Assembly (NCBI GenBank): GCA_014879535.1
Contig: JACSRX010000089.1
Coordinates: 9,905 to 73,904, forward strand
Direction of reading: 5' to 3'
From: Chthoniobacterales bacterium
Lineage (GTDB): Bacteria; Verrucomicrobiota; Verrucomicrobiia; Chthoniobacterales; JACTMZ01
DNA length: 64,000 nt
Shown: positions 35,733-45,527 of the stretch, one piece after another
How positions within the stretch are numbered: position 1 is the stretch's first letter
Layout: each line of letters starts with the position of its first letter
Program-made: the position numbers and the translations under genes
Notes under the pieces: generated by a model
Database searches by the model: none
Seen by the model: only the letters and a program-made list of their open reading frames with translations
What the model was told of the DNA's origin: nothing

Positions 35733-37117
35733 GACCCCTCGCGGAACGGTCCGAGGAAGGGCACCGATTTCTCGGCCTCCACCTTCCCGTCCGCCCCCCT
35801 CACCTGCACCTGAACGTCGAAATTGCCGCCGAAATCGGCGTCGGGAACCGTCATGATCAGCGGCTCCTGCACCTCCTCGCCCGGCCCCAGGGTCAATGGG
35901 TGCGACGAAGCCCCCGTCGCGGCGAGGCCGCTCACCGGGGAATCCACATTCACCGAATACTCGCACGCCTCGGCGCGCTTGTTGGCGATGCGCACCATGA
36001 AGTTGTTGCGGACGGCGCTCTCGTCGCGGAAATACGGCGCACCCTGCATGCGCAGGACGGAAAGGATGACCGGCTTGACCTGCTGTGCCGCAAAGACGAA
36101 CGCCCCGCTCCCGACCGCACCGAGGATCATGTAGAGGAAGAGCCGCGGACGCCAGAACTTCGACGGACGGCCGGCCAGAGCGTTCAGCGAATCATGCCGG
36201 ATGAGTCCCCGCGGGCGCTCCAGTTTGTCCATGATGACATCGCAGGCATCGATGCAGGCCTCGCACGAGATGCACTCCATCTGCAGGCCCTGGCGGATGT
36301 CGATGCCCGTCGGACAAACCTGCACGCAGCGGCGGCAGTCGATGCAGTCACCGGCAACGGTGCCCGCGCGTCCCCTCGGTTCGCCACGCACGGTGTCGTA
36401 GCCCACCACGATCGAATTGTCGTCGATGAGAACCGACCCCAGCCTCCCGTAGGGGCACATGATGATGCAGAACTGCTCCCGGAACCACGCGAAGTTGAAA
36501 TAAAGGATGCCGGTCACGGCGGACACAAACAGGAAGAACTCCCAACTTTCGCCGGGCGCGTGCCGCATCATCCCGTAAAGCGCCGGGATCGAGACGAAAT
36601 ACGAGAGGAACATGTGCGCGATGGCCGCGGCCAGGAGGATGAAAATGGCATGCTTGAGGACGCGCTTGAGGATTTTCCCTCCCGTCCACAGTCCGTCTTC
36701 CAAGCGCCTGCGCGCGGATGCATCACCGTCGATCCACCGCTCGACCCGCCGGAAGACATGATCGAGGAACACCGTCTGCGGGCACGCCCAACCGCACCAC
36801 AGGCGTCCCGCAATCGACGTGACCACGAACAGACCGAAGGCCATCCCCGTGATGATGAAGAACAGGAGCCAAAGGTCCTGGAACATCAAAGTCAGCCCGA
36901 AGAGGTGCAGCTTGCGGTGGAAGATGTCGAGAAACACCGCCGGCTCGCCTTTGATCTTGAGGAATGGAAGCGAGATGTAGATTGCGATCAGCAAGACCGC
37001 GACAGCGCGCCGGCTCCACGTGAAACGTCCGCCGACATCCGCGGGATGGACAAAATACCGCGAGCCGTCCTCATTGATCGTGGTGACAGAATCAATGGTT
37101 GGCGCTTTGGGCTTCAT
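35729..37117 (-). CDS. ccoG: Cytochrome c oxidase accessory protein CcoG (membrane 4Fe-4S ferredoxin)
   Basis: 462-aa ORF with N-terminal TM helices, GWACPQTVF, and two Cys clusters CIDCRRCVQVCP and CISCEACIDAC. Confidence 0.9.
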   Translation of the reverse strand: MKPKAPTIDSVTTINEDGSRYFVHPADVGGRFTWSRRAVAVLLIAIYISLPFLKIKGEPAVFLDIFHRKLHLFGLTLMFQDLWLLFFIITGMAFGLFVVTSIAGRLWCGWACPQTVFLDHVFRRVERWIDGDASARRRLEDGLWTGGKILKRVLKHAIFILLAAAIAHMFLSYFVSIPALYGMMRHAPGESWEFFLFVSAVTGILYFNFAWFREQFCIIMCPYGRLGSVLIDDNSIVVGYDTVRGEPRGRAGTVAGDCIDCRRCVQVCPTGIDIRQGLQMECISCEACIDACDVIMDKLERPRGLIRHDSLNALAGRPSKFWRPRLFLYMILGAVGSGAFVFAAQQVKPVILSVLRMQGAPYFRDESAVRNNFMVRIANKRAEACEYSVNVDSPVSGLAATGASSHPLTLGPGEEVQEPLIMTVPDADFGGNFDVQVQVRGADGKVEAEKSVPFLGPFREGS

Positions 37118-37126
37118 GCAGGGCGC

Positions 37127-37672
37127 TTACTCCTCCGGCGGCTTCTGGATCGTCGGGTTCTTGCTGATGATGAACGCCGTGACATCGGCGATCCGGGCCG
37201 CCCCCAGCACGGGTCCCCACACCGGCATTCCCTTCTCCAGCACGCCTTTCGTGACCGTGTTGTAGATGTCCGTCGGCTTGCCACCGTGGATCCACTGGCC
37301 GTCCACGAGGTTCTGTCCGATGCCGCCCTCGAGGTTCTCCCCGTGGCAAGCGACACAATTGGCGGTGTAGATTTTCTGTCCGGCCGCCACCACTGCTGGA
37401 TCACCGCTCAGCCTCCAGAGCTGCACATCGGTCGGTGCGGCGCCGGTGGCCAGCGCTGCCTTCTGGATCTCCTCGATCTGCCGTTCGACGCGCACATAGC
37501 CCGGAACCATGTGCGCCGACCAGTGATAATAGGCCCAATAGGCGGCCGAGAAGGCGATCGCGCCATAGAGGGTGAAAAGCCACCAGTTCGGCAGGCGTTT
37601 GTCGTATTCCTGGATGCCGTCGTAGGTGTGGTGACGCAGCGCGTCATCCTCGGGATTGGTTTGCTGCTTCAT
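37127..37672 (-). CDS. ccoP: cbb3 oxidase subunit III (CcoP/FixP), short monoheme form
   Basis: 181 aa with FixP_N motif YDGIQEYDKRLPNWW, one TM helix, only one CxxCH (CVACH) and a distal Met block GMPVW. Confidence 0.85.
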   Translation of the reverse strand: MKQQTNPEDDALRHHTYDGIQEYDKRLPNWWLFTLYGAIAFSAAYWAYYHWSAHMVPGYVRVERQIEEIQKAALATGAAPTDVQLWRLSGDPAVVAAGQKIYTANCVACHGENLEGGIGQNLVDGQWIHGGKPTDIYNTVTKGVLEKGMPVWGPVLGAARIADVTAFIISKNPTIQKPPEE

Positions 37673-37836
37673 GGTGCTTTGTCGTCCTGCCAGGGAAGGT
37701 TCTCCAGTTTCTCGATTTTCTTCTTCGGGCAGCGGAGGGTCGCCACCACGATCGCCACGAAACCGGCGAATGTGACGAGAAGCGCGATCACCGCGCCGAT
37801 CGTGGCAAGTTCGGGGATTTGAAGTTGCTGGAACAT
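37669..37836 (-). CDS. ccoQ: CcoQ-like small subunit (55 aa, single TM)
   Basis: Not in the ORF track. My translation is MFQQLQIPELATIGAVIALLVTFAGFVAIVVATLRCPKKKIEKLENLPWQDDKAP. It starts 2 nt after the ccoNO stop, and its stop overlaps the ccoP ATG. Confidence 0.6.
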   Translation of the reverse strand: MFQQLQIPELATIGAVIALLVTFAGFVAIVVATLRCPKKKIEKLENLPWQDDKAP

Positions 37837-37838
37837 GG

Positions 37839-40148
37839 TCAATCAGCCGACGCCTGCTTCTCCGCGTCCGGTTTGAATTTCCCGAGCTGCTGCATGTAGG
37901 CGATGAGCGCGATCACTTCCTTGTCGGGACTGATCCTCACGCCGCCCTTTTCAAGATCGCCGGCAATCTCCCGCCCCTGTGCGAGGAATTCCTCGCGGAT
38001 CTGCTCCGTTGACCGCTCCGGGAAAGGAACACCGAGCACGCGGAGGACGCGGATCTTTTCCGGAAGCGCACCGATGTCCGCCGTCCGGCGGTAAAGCCAA
38101 GGGTAGGCCGGCATGTTGCTGCCGATCGAGGTGGATCGCGGATTCTCGAAATGCTGGAAATGCCAGGCATTCGGATACTTCCCGCCCACACGCGCAAGAT
38201 CGGGGCCGGTGCGCTTGGATCCCCACTGGAACGGGTGGTCGTAGAGCGATTCCCCGAGACGGCCGCTCGGACCGTAGCGAAGGACCTCGCCGACCAGCGG
38301 ACGGATCATCTGGCTGTGGCAGTTGTAGCAGCCTTCGCGCACGTAGATGTCGCGCCCGCACAACTCGAGGGGCGTGTAGACATATTGCATGGCCTGCTCG
38401 TAATCGACCGCCTGCCGGGAGAAGACGAGGGGGAGGATCTGGATGGCGCCGCCGATGACCACCGCGAGGAGTGTCAGGACCGTGAAGGGCAGCCAGCTTT
38501 CGAGAAGCCGGTCATACCACTGGCTCCACTTCGCCCCGGAGATGCTCAGGTGGATCATCGCCACAAGCACCGTCTCGACCATGAGCACGAAGGAAACCGT
38601 GCTCACCGCGCCGCCTGCAAACCCCCAGAGGCAGGCGAAAACCACCAGCAGCACCGAGTAGAGCATCGGAGCATTGAACAACCCGCCCGCGAGCGACATC
38701 CCCTCGGCCGTGCGCCGCTCCGGAGCCGGAACCTCGACCGTCGTGGTGACGGGCTTCCCGGTGCGGATCGTGCGGACGAGATTGTAGGCCATAAGGATGA
38801 ACCCGAACAGGAAGAGCGCCCCGCCCAGGATGCGCATGTGCAGCATCGGCCGCACGGAGTTCACCACCTCGAGGAAATTCGGGTAGGCGAGGACGCCCTC
38901 GGATGTCACCGAGTTGAGCATCAGGCCGGTCGTGATGCCTGACACCCACATGGCCGCGATGTAGAGAAGGATCCCCACCATCCCGAGCCAGAAGTGGAGG
39001 TCGGCGAGTTTCGTCGAATACAGCCTTGTCCCCCAAAGCCGCGGGGTCAGCCAGTAGAACATGCCCGCAGCCATGAAGCTGTTCCACCCGAGCGTTCCGC
39101 TGTGCACGTGTCCGATCGTCCAATCGGTGTAGTGTGACAATGCGTTGACCGAGCGGATGGCGAGCAGCGGCCCCTCGAACGTGGACATGCCGTAGAACGT
39201 GACACCCGCCGCGAAGAACTTGAGCACCGGATCGGTGCGCAACTTGTGCCACGCCCCGCGCAGGGTGAGCAGGCCGTTGAGCATGCCGCCCCATGACGGC
39301 GCCCACAGCATGAGCGAAAAGACCATGCCCAGCGTCTGCAGCCATTCGGGAAGCGCCGTGTTGAGCAGATGGTGGGGCCCCGCCCAGATGTAGATGAAGA
39401 CCAGCGACCAGAAGTGCACCACCGACAGGCGGTAGCTGTAAACGGGTCGCTCCGCCGCCTTCGGCAGATAGTAATACATGATGCCGAGGATCGGCGTCGT
39501 CAGGAAGAAGGCGACGGCGTTGTGTCCATACCACCACTGGACCAGGGCGTCCTGCACACCCCCGAAGATCGGATAGGAGTGCAGCAGGGAAGTCGGCAGC
39601 GAGAGGTGGTTGACGATGTAGAGCATCGCCACCGTGATGATCGTGGCGATGTAGAACCAGATGGCGACATAGAGCGACTTCTCGTTGCGCACCGCCAGCG
39701 TCCAGAAAAAGTTGATGGCGAAGACGACCCAGATGAGCGCCACCGCGATGTTGATCGGCCAGATGAGCTCGGCGTATTCCTTGCCCCGCGTGAACCCGAG
39801 TGGCAGCGTGATGGCCGCACCCACGATGATGAGCTGCCAGCCCCAGAAATGCAGCCATGACAGGAACCCGGACGCCAGCCGCGTGCGCACCAGGCGCTGC
39901 GTGGAATGGTAGATCCCGGCGAACATCATGTTGCCGACGAAGGCGAAGATCGCGGCATTCGTGTGGAGCGGACGCAGCCTCCCGAACGTGAGCCACGATG
40001 TGTCGAAGTTGAGCACGTAAAAGCTCATCTGGGCAGCGATGAGAACACCGGCAAGCATGGCGACGAGCCCCCAGAGGACAGCGGCCAGCATGAAATAGCG
40101 CACGACCTTGTCGTCGTAGGTCACCGAAACAGTTTGTGTGTTGTTCAT
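37839..40148 (-). CDS. ccoNO: Fused cbb3-type cytochrome c oxidase subunits I and II (CcoN-CcoO)
   Basis: 769-aa ORF. The CcoN part has WWYGHNAVAFFLTTPILGIMYYYLPK, GPHHLL and HVHSGTLGW. The C-terminal CcoO part has heme-c site CYNCHSQMIRP. Confidence 0.9.
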   Translation of the reverse strand: MNNTQTVSVTYDDKVVRYFMLAAVLWGLVAMLAGVLIAAQMSFYVLNFDTSWLTFGRLRPLHTNAAIFAFVGNMMFAGIYHSTQRLVRTRLASGFLSWLHFWGWQLIIVGAAITLPLGFTRGKEYAELIWPINIAVALIWVVFAINFFWTLAVRNEKSLYVAIWFYIATIITVAMLYIVNHLSLPTSLLHSYPIFGGVQDALVQWWYGHNAVAFFLTTPILGIMYYYLPKAAERPVYSYRLSVVHFWSLVFIYIWAGPHHLLNTALPEWLQTLGMVFSLMLWAPSWGGMLNGLLTLRGAWHKLRTDPVLKFFAAGVTFYGMSTFEGPLLAIRSVNALSHYTDWTIGHVHSGTLGWNSFMAAGMFYWLTPRLWGTRLYSTKLADLHFWLGMVGILLYIAAMWVSGITTGLMLNSVTSEGVLAYPNFLEVVNSVRPMLHMRILGGALFLFGFILMAYNLVRTIRTGKPVTTTVEVPAPERRTAEGMSLAGGLFNAPMLYSVLLVVFACLWGFAGGAVSTVSFVLMVETVLVAMIHLSISGAKWSQWYDRLLESWLPFTVLTLLAVVIGGAIQILPLVFSRQAVDYEQAMQYVYTPLELCGRDIYVREGCYNCHSQMIRPLVGEVLRYGPSGRLGESLYDHPFQWGSKRTGPDLARVGGKYPNAWHFQHFENPRSTSIGSNMPAYPWLYRRTADIGALPEKIRVLRVLGVPFPERSTEQIREEFLAQGREIAGDLEKGGVRISPDKEVIALIAYMQQLGKFKPDAEKQASAD

Positions 40149-40330
40149 GTCGAAGATTTCTTCCCGTCGGATTCCCCCGCCGAATCCTCCTTGTTCTCCT
40201 GTTTGTTGAATGGCAGCAGGCTGTCACGCAGCGGGTCGCCACCGGAAAAATCGTGGTGGTAGAGGAAGCCCGCGGCGAAAAAGAGGGCCAGCATCAGGCT
40301 TATGAAAATCGTGAGATAAAGAACGCTCAT
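40145..40330 (-). CDS. ccoS: cbb3 oxidase maturation protein CcoS/FixS
   Basis: Product starts MSVLYLTIFISLMLALFFAAGFLYHHDFSGGDPLRD, inside ORF 40145..40486. Its stop overlaps the ccoNO ATG. Alternative start is 40342. Confidence 0.8.
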   Translation of the reverse strand: MSVLYLTIFISLMLALFFAAGFLYHHDFSGGDPLRDSLLPFNKQENKEDSAGESDGKKSST

Positions 40331-40402
40331 CGCATCCCCCATCCTTCCGGACCGCCGCTCGCCGAGCACCTCGCTGCGCCAATCATGATGCGGCCAACGT
40401 AG

Positions 40403-41272
40403 ATGCGTCGGCCGCAACCGCTCCGCAGTTCGTCCGATATACTGCGCATTTTTTCGGAAATCCCCTTGTTCCGGGCCGAAAACCAACGAGAATTAGCGAA
40501 ACTAATAGTGAGCAAGCCCTCCGACATCCTCCGTTCGACCCCCCTCGCACGCGACTACGCGAAGTCCTTCGCATCCGCCACCGGACTTTCCCTCGGTCTC
40601 AACGCCCCAGGCGAAGTGCATTTCGATCCCGCCGACCTTCCCGAATGCTGCCGCCGGATGCTCTCCAGCGGGAGAACATGCGACAAATGCGAACAGACGC
40701 ACATGGCTCTCCAAGGGGACACGGCACGCACCGTGCGCTGCTTCGCGGGACTCACCTCCTCCGCCGTCCCCGTCGTGGTGCGGGACAAGACGGTCGCCTA
40801 CCTCCACACCGGCCATGCCGCGGTGAACGGAGATGCCGACAAACGCCATTTCGGAGCGGCACGCAAGACCAGAGGTCAATACGAGGGTGCGCTGCGCCTG
40901 CTGGAGTTGTTCGCCCGCCAACTCGCTGAAAGCATGCCCGCCGAAACCGAGGGCGGACCGTATCCTGCCATCGACCGCGCCGCCCGCGCCATCCAGGCAC
41001 ACCCGGAAAAGCGGTGGCGCCTCACGGAACTCGCCCGCTCGGCCAAGATGAATCCCACCTACTTCAGCGAGATGTTCCGCCGGCGCCTCGGCATCACCCT
41101 GACCAGATTCATCGCCGGCGCCCGCATCGACAAGGCCCGGCTGCTGCTGCGCCACACCGATCTCAAAATCATCGAGGTCGCCTATGCAGCGGGGTTCGGT
41201 TCGGTCTCACAGTTCAACCGCATCTTTGCCGCCACCACGGGAACCTCGCCGCGGCGCTACCGCACGCCTTAG
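40403..41272 (+). CDS. AraC-family transcriptional regulator with PocR-like, Cys-rich sensor domain
   Basis: The C-terminal AraC HTH pair is RWRLTELARSAKMNPTYFSEMFRRRLG..IIEVAYAAGFGSVSQFNRIF. The N-terminal PocR pattern is CCRRMLSSGRTCDKCEQTH..CFAGLTSSAVPVVV. Start is uncertain (ATG 40403 or GTG 40508). Confidence 0.8.
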   Translation: MRRPQPLRSSSDILRIFSEIPLFRAENQRELAKLIVSKPSDILRSTPLARDYAKSFASATGLSLGLNAPGEVHFDPADLPECCRRMLSSGRTCDKCEQTHMALQGDTARTVRCFAGLTSSAVPVVVRDKTVAYLHTGHAAVNGDADKRHFGAARKTRGQYEGALRLLELFARQLAESMPAETEGGPYPAIDRAARAIQAHPEKRWRLTELARSAKMNPTYFSEMFRRRLGITLTRFIAGARIDKARLLLRHTDLKIIEVAYAAGFGSVSQFNRIFAATTGTSPRRYRTP

Positions 41273-41332
41273 GAGCCGTCCCGGCACCGGAAATCTTGAG
41301 TCGGACCCCGCGAAGATGAAGAATCTGCCCGC

Positions 41333-42319
41333 ATGTTCCCCTCACCCTCCCGTTACGACACCATGGAATACCGCCGGTGCGGCCGCAGCGGTTTGAAGTT
41401 GCCCGCACTCTCCCTCGGACTGTGGCACAACTTCGGTGCGAAGGATGACGAGGCCAATGCGCGCGACATGGTGCTCCGCTCGTTCGATGCGGGCATCACC
41501 CATTTCGACTTGGCCAACAACTACGGACCTCCTCCCGGCGGGGCGGAGGAAACATTCGGGCGCATCCTGCGCAAGGAGCTGGCCCCCCACCGCGACGAAC
41601 TGATCATTTCCACGAAGGCCGGCTACCACATGTGGGCCGGTCCCTACGGCGACGGCGGCTCCCGGAAATACCTCCTCGCCAGCCTCGAGCAGAGCCTGAA
41701 ACGGCTGGGGCTCGACCACGTGGATATCTTCTACAGCCACCGCCCCGATCAGGACACACCGCTGGAGGAAACCATGGGTGCCCTCATCCATGCCGTCCGC
41801 AGCGGGAAGGCCCTCTACGTCGGGATTTCCAGTTACGACGCCGATTCCACGCGCCACGCGGCGGAGATCCTGCGCGGCGAGGGCGTGCCTCTCCTCATCC
41901 ACCAGCCGGTCTTCAACCTCTTCGACCGCTGGGTGGAACACGGTCTCTCCCGGGTGCTCGAGGAGGAAGGCATCGGCTGCATTCCCTTCAGCCCCCTCGC
42001 CCAGGGCGTGCTGGCCGGGCGCTACCTCGGCGGCATCGCCGGCGACTCCCGCGCGGGAAAACCCGGCGGCTTTCTCCGCCCGGAGCACATCAAGGAAGAA
42101 CAACATCGGCGGGTGCAGGCCTTGTCCGACATCGCCGCCTCCCGGGGGCAGTCACTCGCCCAGATGTCCATTGCGTGGCTTGCAGCCAAACCCTTCGTGA
42201 CCTCCGTCCTCATCGGCGCCAGCCGGTGGTCGCAGATCGAGGACAACCTCGGAGCCATCGGAAACACCACCTTCAGCCACGACGAACTCGGCGCCATCGA
42301 CGCCGCGTGCTCGCTTTAG
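41333..42319 (+). CDS. Aldo/keto reductase (YghZ/Gpr-like, AKR14 type)
   Basis: 328-aa ORF with MEYRRCGRSGLKLPALSLGLWHNFG, HFDLANNYG and DIFYSHRPD. Possible start is ATG 41363. Confidence 0.9.
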   Translation: MFPSPSRYDTMEYRRCGRSGLKLPALSLGLWHNFGAKDDEANARDMVLRSFDAGITHFDLANNYGPPPGGAEETFGRILRKELAPHRDELIISTKAGYHMWAGPYGDGGSRKYLLASLEQSLKRLGLDHVDIFYSHRPDQDTPLEETMGALIHAVRSGKALYVGISSYDADSTRHAAEILRGEGVPLLIHQPVFNLFDRWVEHGLSRVLEEEGIGCIPFSPLAQGVLAGRYLGGIAGDSRAGKPGGFLRPEHIKEEQHRRVQALSDIAASRGQSLAQMSIAWLAAKPFVTSVLIGASRWSQIEDNLGAIGNTTFSHDELGAIDAACSL

Positions 42320-42322
42320 CCG

Positions 42323-44890
42323 TCAACGGACAAACGTGGACTGCACCCGCTTAGACACCAGAAGATAGGGGATCCAGATCGCGGCGCTTATGCAGACTTG
42401 GATGACCGCCTTGGTGGCGTCCGGCGCGAGCTCGTGAAAGACGGCACCCATCGACATGCACGCGAGATAGTCGATCAGGCCGAAAACCGCCCTGAACCCC
42501 AGAATGCCGATTTTGACGGCGGGAAAAGTTCGCCGCTTCTGGAAGAAAAGAACCGCCGCAAGGCATCCGGCGAAGAACATCCCGACATTCACAGCACCCT
42601 CCACGATCAAAATCGGACTCCAAAGGGAGTGATACAATGCGTTGCCGGGAACTGTCAGCTCCTGCCAACGGTCGATGTCGAGAAATGCCGCATAGGGGAC
42701 CAAATCCACGATCAGACGTATCGGCGCGAGCGCCACGCCGAGGCCGAGGAGAACCAACCAACCGCGAAGCCCGAAGGGACCCGGAGGATTGACGGGCGGC
42801 GGCCATGAGGGACGCCAGAGCAACCCGGCGACGGCGAGCACCCCGAAAAGAACCGCCGCGAAGGAGAACACTCCCACCAACGGCCAGTTCATCCTCTCGA
42901 GGAGGGCGCGGAAATCCGGCACTGCATCCCGCGCTCCGGGGTCCGCGAGGGATTTCGGGACCGAAATCGAGTAGCCGAGGATCTCGCGGGCCGAACGGAT
43001 GTTGCGCAGGTATTCCGCGATGCGCTCCGGCGGAACATGGTCGGCCAGGCTTTCGTAGCGGTGCGTGATGGTCAGCGTGTCGTTGGAAAAGTCCACGGTC
43101 TTCGCGAACCGGAAGGCCCCGTCGGCAATCTCGTGATGCTCGTTCTTGAAGACTCCTCCGCCGCGCGGAAGATTCATCACAAACCGCTCCGTGATCGTCT
43201 TGGGATGAGCGATGGCCAGAGGTGTGGATCGCAGGGCGGTGGCAGGATCCAGCAGCATGGAATCGACCTGGTATGGATAAACATCGGCCCGCAACCGGTG
43301 CAGGTCCTCGTTCGACGCCCGGAAAAAGGGGGATATCGTGTAACGCTCGCGCACATCCAAGATGTTCGAGTCCTTGTCATCGGAAAATTGCGGGAAGCCC
43401 TCGCTGCGCGCCCCGGGATGCTGACGGGCGATGAAATTGAGGTAATTCCGGCCGATCTCGTCGCGGTCCATGCCGTCAATCCGCCCCCGTATCCAGTCGG
43501 CCTCCAACCCTTGGTAAATTGACACGACGCTGAGGGCGACATCGGAGGCAAAGTCAGGAATGTCGTAAGTTTCCGTTGTCTCGATGGACATCTGCCGGTG
43601 GCCCCACGGCGGAACCGCGGTCAGGGCGTCCTCCCCCTCCCGAAGCACCAGGGCGAATCCACAATCCGCAACATACCGTTCACCCAGCGGTCCCGCCTGA
43701 TGGTTCACTGTCGGATCGATCCAGTAATTGCGTCCATTCCAGCGCACGGTGACAATGACATGATCGAACGCCTCCGGGGTTGGCAGCCAATCGTAAACCG
43801 CCTTGCGGAACTGCGTGTTCACGAGGGCCGGACTGGCATCGAAGCCGAGCCTCTGCAGCATCGCCGCGAGCATGCGCGCCTTGTCCTTGCAGTCGCCGTA
43901 GCCGCGCCGAAGGACTTCATCGACTGGATACGGGGCATGGGAATGCACACCGTCGGAAACACTCAGATAACGCAGCCGTTTCTGCACATAGGTCAGCGCC
44001 GCGAGGATACGCTCATTTCCGGACGGCAACTCCCGGATGCGAGCCACTTCGGTCTCCACTTCCTCCGGCAGTTCCTCCGGCACCACATAAAATTCCCGCG
44101 CCCATCGCACGACCTCCTCCCAGTTCCTGTATTCGCTGAGTTGGAGCCAGCCATGGGGAGAATACCAAGCGGGTGTGTCTCCCTCGATGGGCGTCGGCAC
44201 GATGTCGCGCTGCGACCAGACATGCTCTGTCACGCCTTCCTGTGCTGAGTTCCGGTATTCCAAATTTCCCATCTCGGGACGCACCCGCCATGCCAAATGC
44301 CGCCCCTCCGGCCACAGCAATCGGAACTGCTGGACCGCGGGGGGACGCATCCAAGTCGTGGACACAAAATTCGAATAGCGTCCCCCGAACACGGGATTCT
44401 CACCCTCGACGGTGAAGGCGTATTCGAGGATGTCCCCCACCCGGACGTCCTCGACGTCGATCGCCACGGTGACCGTGCCGTCATAAAGATCCGATTCCAT
44501 GGATTGCTCACGTGCAAGAATGCGGACGGGTTCCGTCTCCAAGCGATCGAGAATCTGGCCGTTCCTATGGATCTTGAGCGCATGGAGTGCGACTTTTCTG
44601 TTGGAAGGATCGAAAGTGAGCAGGATGCGGGAACCGTCCTGGACCCCCTGCGCGCTTGTGAATGTCCGTGCATAGTGCCCGTAGGCTGATGTCAGCCCCG
44701 CATTGAACTGTTCGTCGATCAGGAGCACCCGGACACCTTCCGGGCTGTCCCCGTTTCCCTCGGGAAGCGGAAGCGGCTGCACCCAGTCGGGAGCCGGTTG
44801 GCGGATGATCTCGGGTGTCGGGACCGCCAAACCCGCAACGGCGCCAGGGAAAGTGATCAAGGCCGCACGGATCAAAAGCCTTCGCATCAT
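42323..44890 (-). CDS. DUF3857-transglutaminase-like protein with C-terminal multi-TM domain
   Basis: ORF 42323..44932, started at Met15. Transglutaminase core RRGYGDCKDKARMLAAMLQRLG..DHVIV. The last roughly 220 aa contain about 5 TM helices. Confidence 0.8.
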   Translation of the reverse strand: MMRRLLIRAALITFPGAVAGLAVPTPEIIRQPAPDWVQPLPLPEGNGDSPEGVRVLLIDEQFNAGLTSAYGHYARTFTSAQGVQDGSRILLTFDPSNRKVALHALKIHRNGQILDRLETEPVRILAREQSMESDLYDGTVTVAIDVEDVRVGDILEYAFTVEGENPVFGGRYSNFVSTTWMRPPAVQQFRLLWPEGRHLAWRVRPEMGNLEYRNSAQEGVTEHVWSQRDIVPTPIEGDTPAWYSPHGWLQLSEYRNWEEVVRWAREFYVVPEELPEEVETEVARIRELPSGNERILAALTYVQKRLRYLSVSDGVHSHAPYPVDEVLRRGYGDCKDKARMLAAMLQRLGFDASPALVNTQFRKAVYDWLPTPEAFDHVIVTVRWNGRNYWIDPTVNHQAGPLGERYVADCGFALVLREGEDALTAVPPWGHRQMSIETTETYDIPDFASDVALSVVSIYQGLEADWIRGRIDGMDRDEIGRNYLNFIARQHPGARSEGFPQFSDDKDSNILDVRERYTISPFFRASNEDLHRLRADVYPYQVDSMLLDPATALRSTPLAIAHPKTITERFVMNLPRGGGVFKNEHHEIADGAFRFAKTVDFSNDTLTITHRYESLADHVPPERIAEYLRNIRSAREILGYSISVPKSLADPGARDAVPDFRALLERMNWPLVGVFSFAAVLFGVLAVAGLLWRPSWPPPVNPPGPFGLRGWLVLLGLGVALAPIRLIVDLVPYAAFLDIDRWQELTVPGNALYHSLWSPILIVEGAVNVGMFFAGCLAAVLFFQKRRTFPAVKIGILGFRAVFGLIDYLACMSMGAVFHELAPDATKAVIQVCISAAIWIPYLLVSKRVQSTFVR

Positions 44891-44940
44891 CCTCAAACCG
44901 AGCCTCCGGCTTCCGGGTCGAGCGAAAAACAACGCCGCCG

Positions 44941-45447
44941 TTAAGGCTGCGATGCCCCGACCTCAGCCTTTCGCTCAAGGGTCAAAAGAAACCGGACCGC
45001 CCGGCTCCATGATTCCTTGGTTCCCTTGTAGGTCCCTGAGAGCAGCCCCTCCTTGTCCCCGATCACAAAGACAGCCGACAATGTGTCGGTCGCCGGGTCG
45101 GCGCCTCTCGCAAAGATCCCCTTGAACCCCTTGCCCGACAGCGAACCTTTTGTGATTTTGACCTCAGCCTCGGAGTCTTCTTGGGAATCCTTGATTTTCT
45201 CGGTCATGCCCCTTTGCAGTTCAGCCAGGGTCGTCGGGATTTTGGCGACCTCGCCTTCCTTCGGTGAGATCCTGAGTTCCGAATCCTGGCCGTTGCCCAA
45301 GACATAGGTGAATGTCCCGTCGTCCTGCCGGAACTCCACACTCCACCCGGGGGGCACCTCGACCACCAACGGGCCCTCATTCTCCTGCGCCGCAAAAGCG
45401 CAGGCCGACAGCAGCAGCCAAGCCAGAATACGCATAGGTTGCGGCAT
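44941..45447 (-). CDS. Secreted hypothetical protein
   Basis: Internal Met of ORF 44941..45504. Leader MPQPMRILAWLLLSACAFAAQ. Confidence 0.55.
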   Translation of the reverse strand: MPQPMRILAWLLLSACAFAAQENEGPLVVEVPPGWSVEFRQDDGTFTYVLGNGQDSELRISPKEGEVAKIPTTLAELQRGMTEKIKDSQEDSEAEVKITKGSLSGKGFKGIFARGADPATDTLSAVFVIGDKEGLLSGTYKGTKESWSRAVRFLLTLERKAEVGASQP

Positions 45448-45527
45448 AGTATCCCCACCATCCGCGCCTCCCGAGAAAATTCCCACCTTTCCCGCACCGC
45501 CCACGGCCCGTCACCCGAACCGCCGAT

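Noticed and set aside
35900-40242. ORFs 35900..37822 (+, 640 aa) and 38512..40242 (-, 576 aa)
   Set aside because: They are antisense to, or frame-shifted relative to, ccoG/ccoP/ccoNO, which have clear heme, Fe-S and CuB motifs. Both are artefacts.
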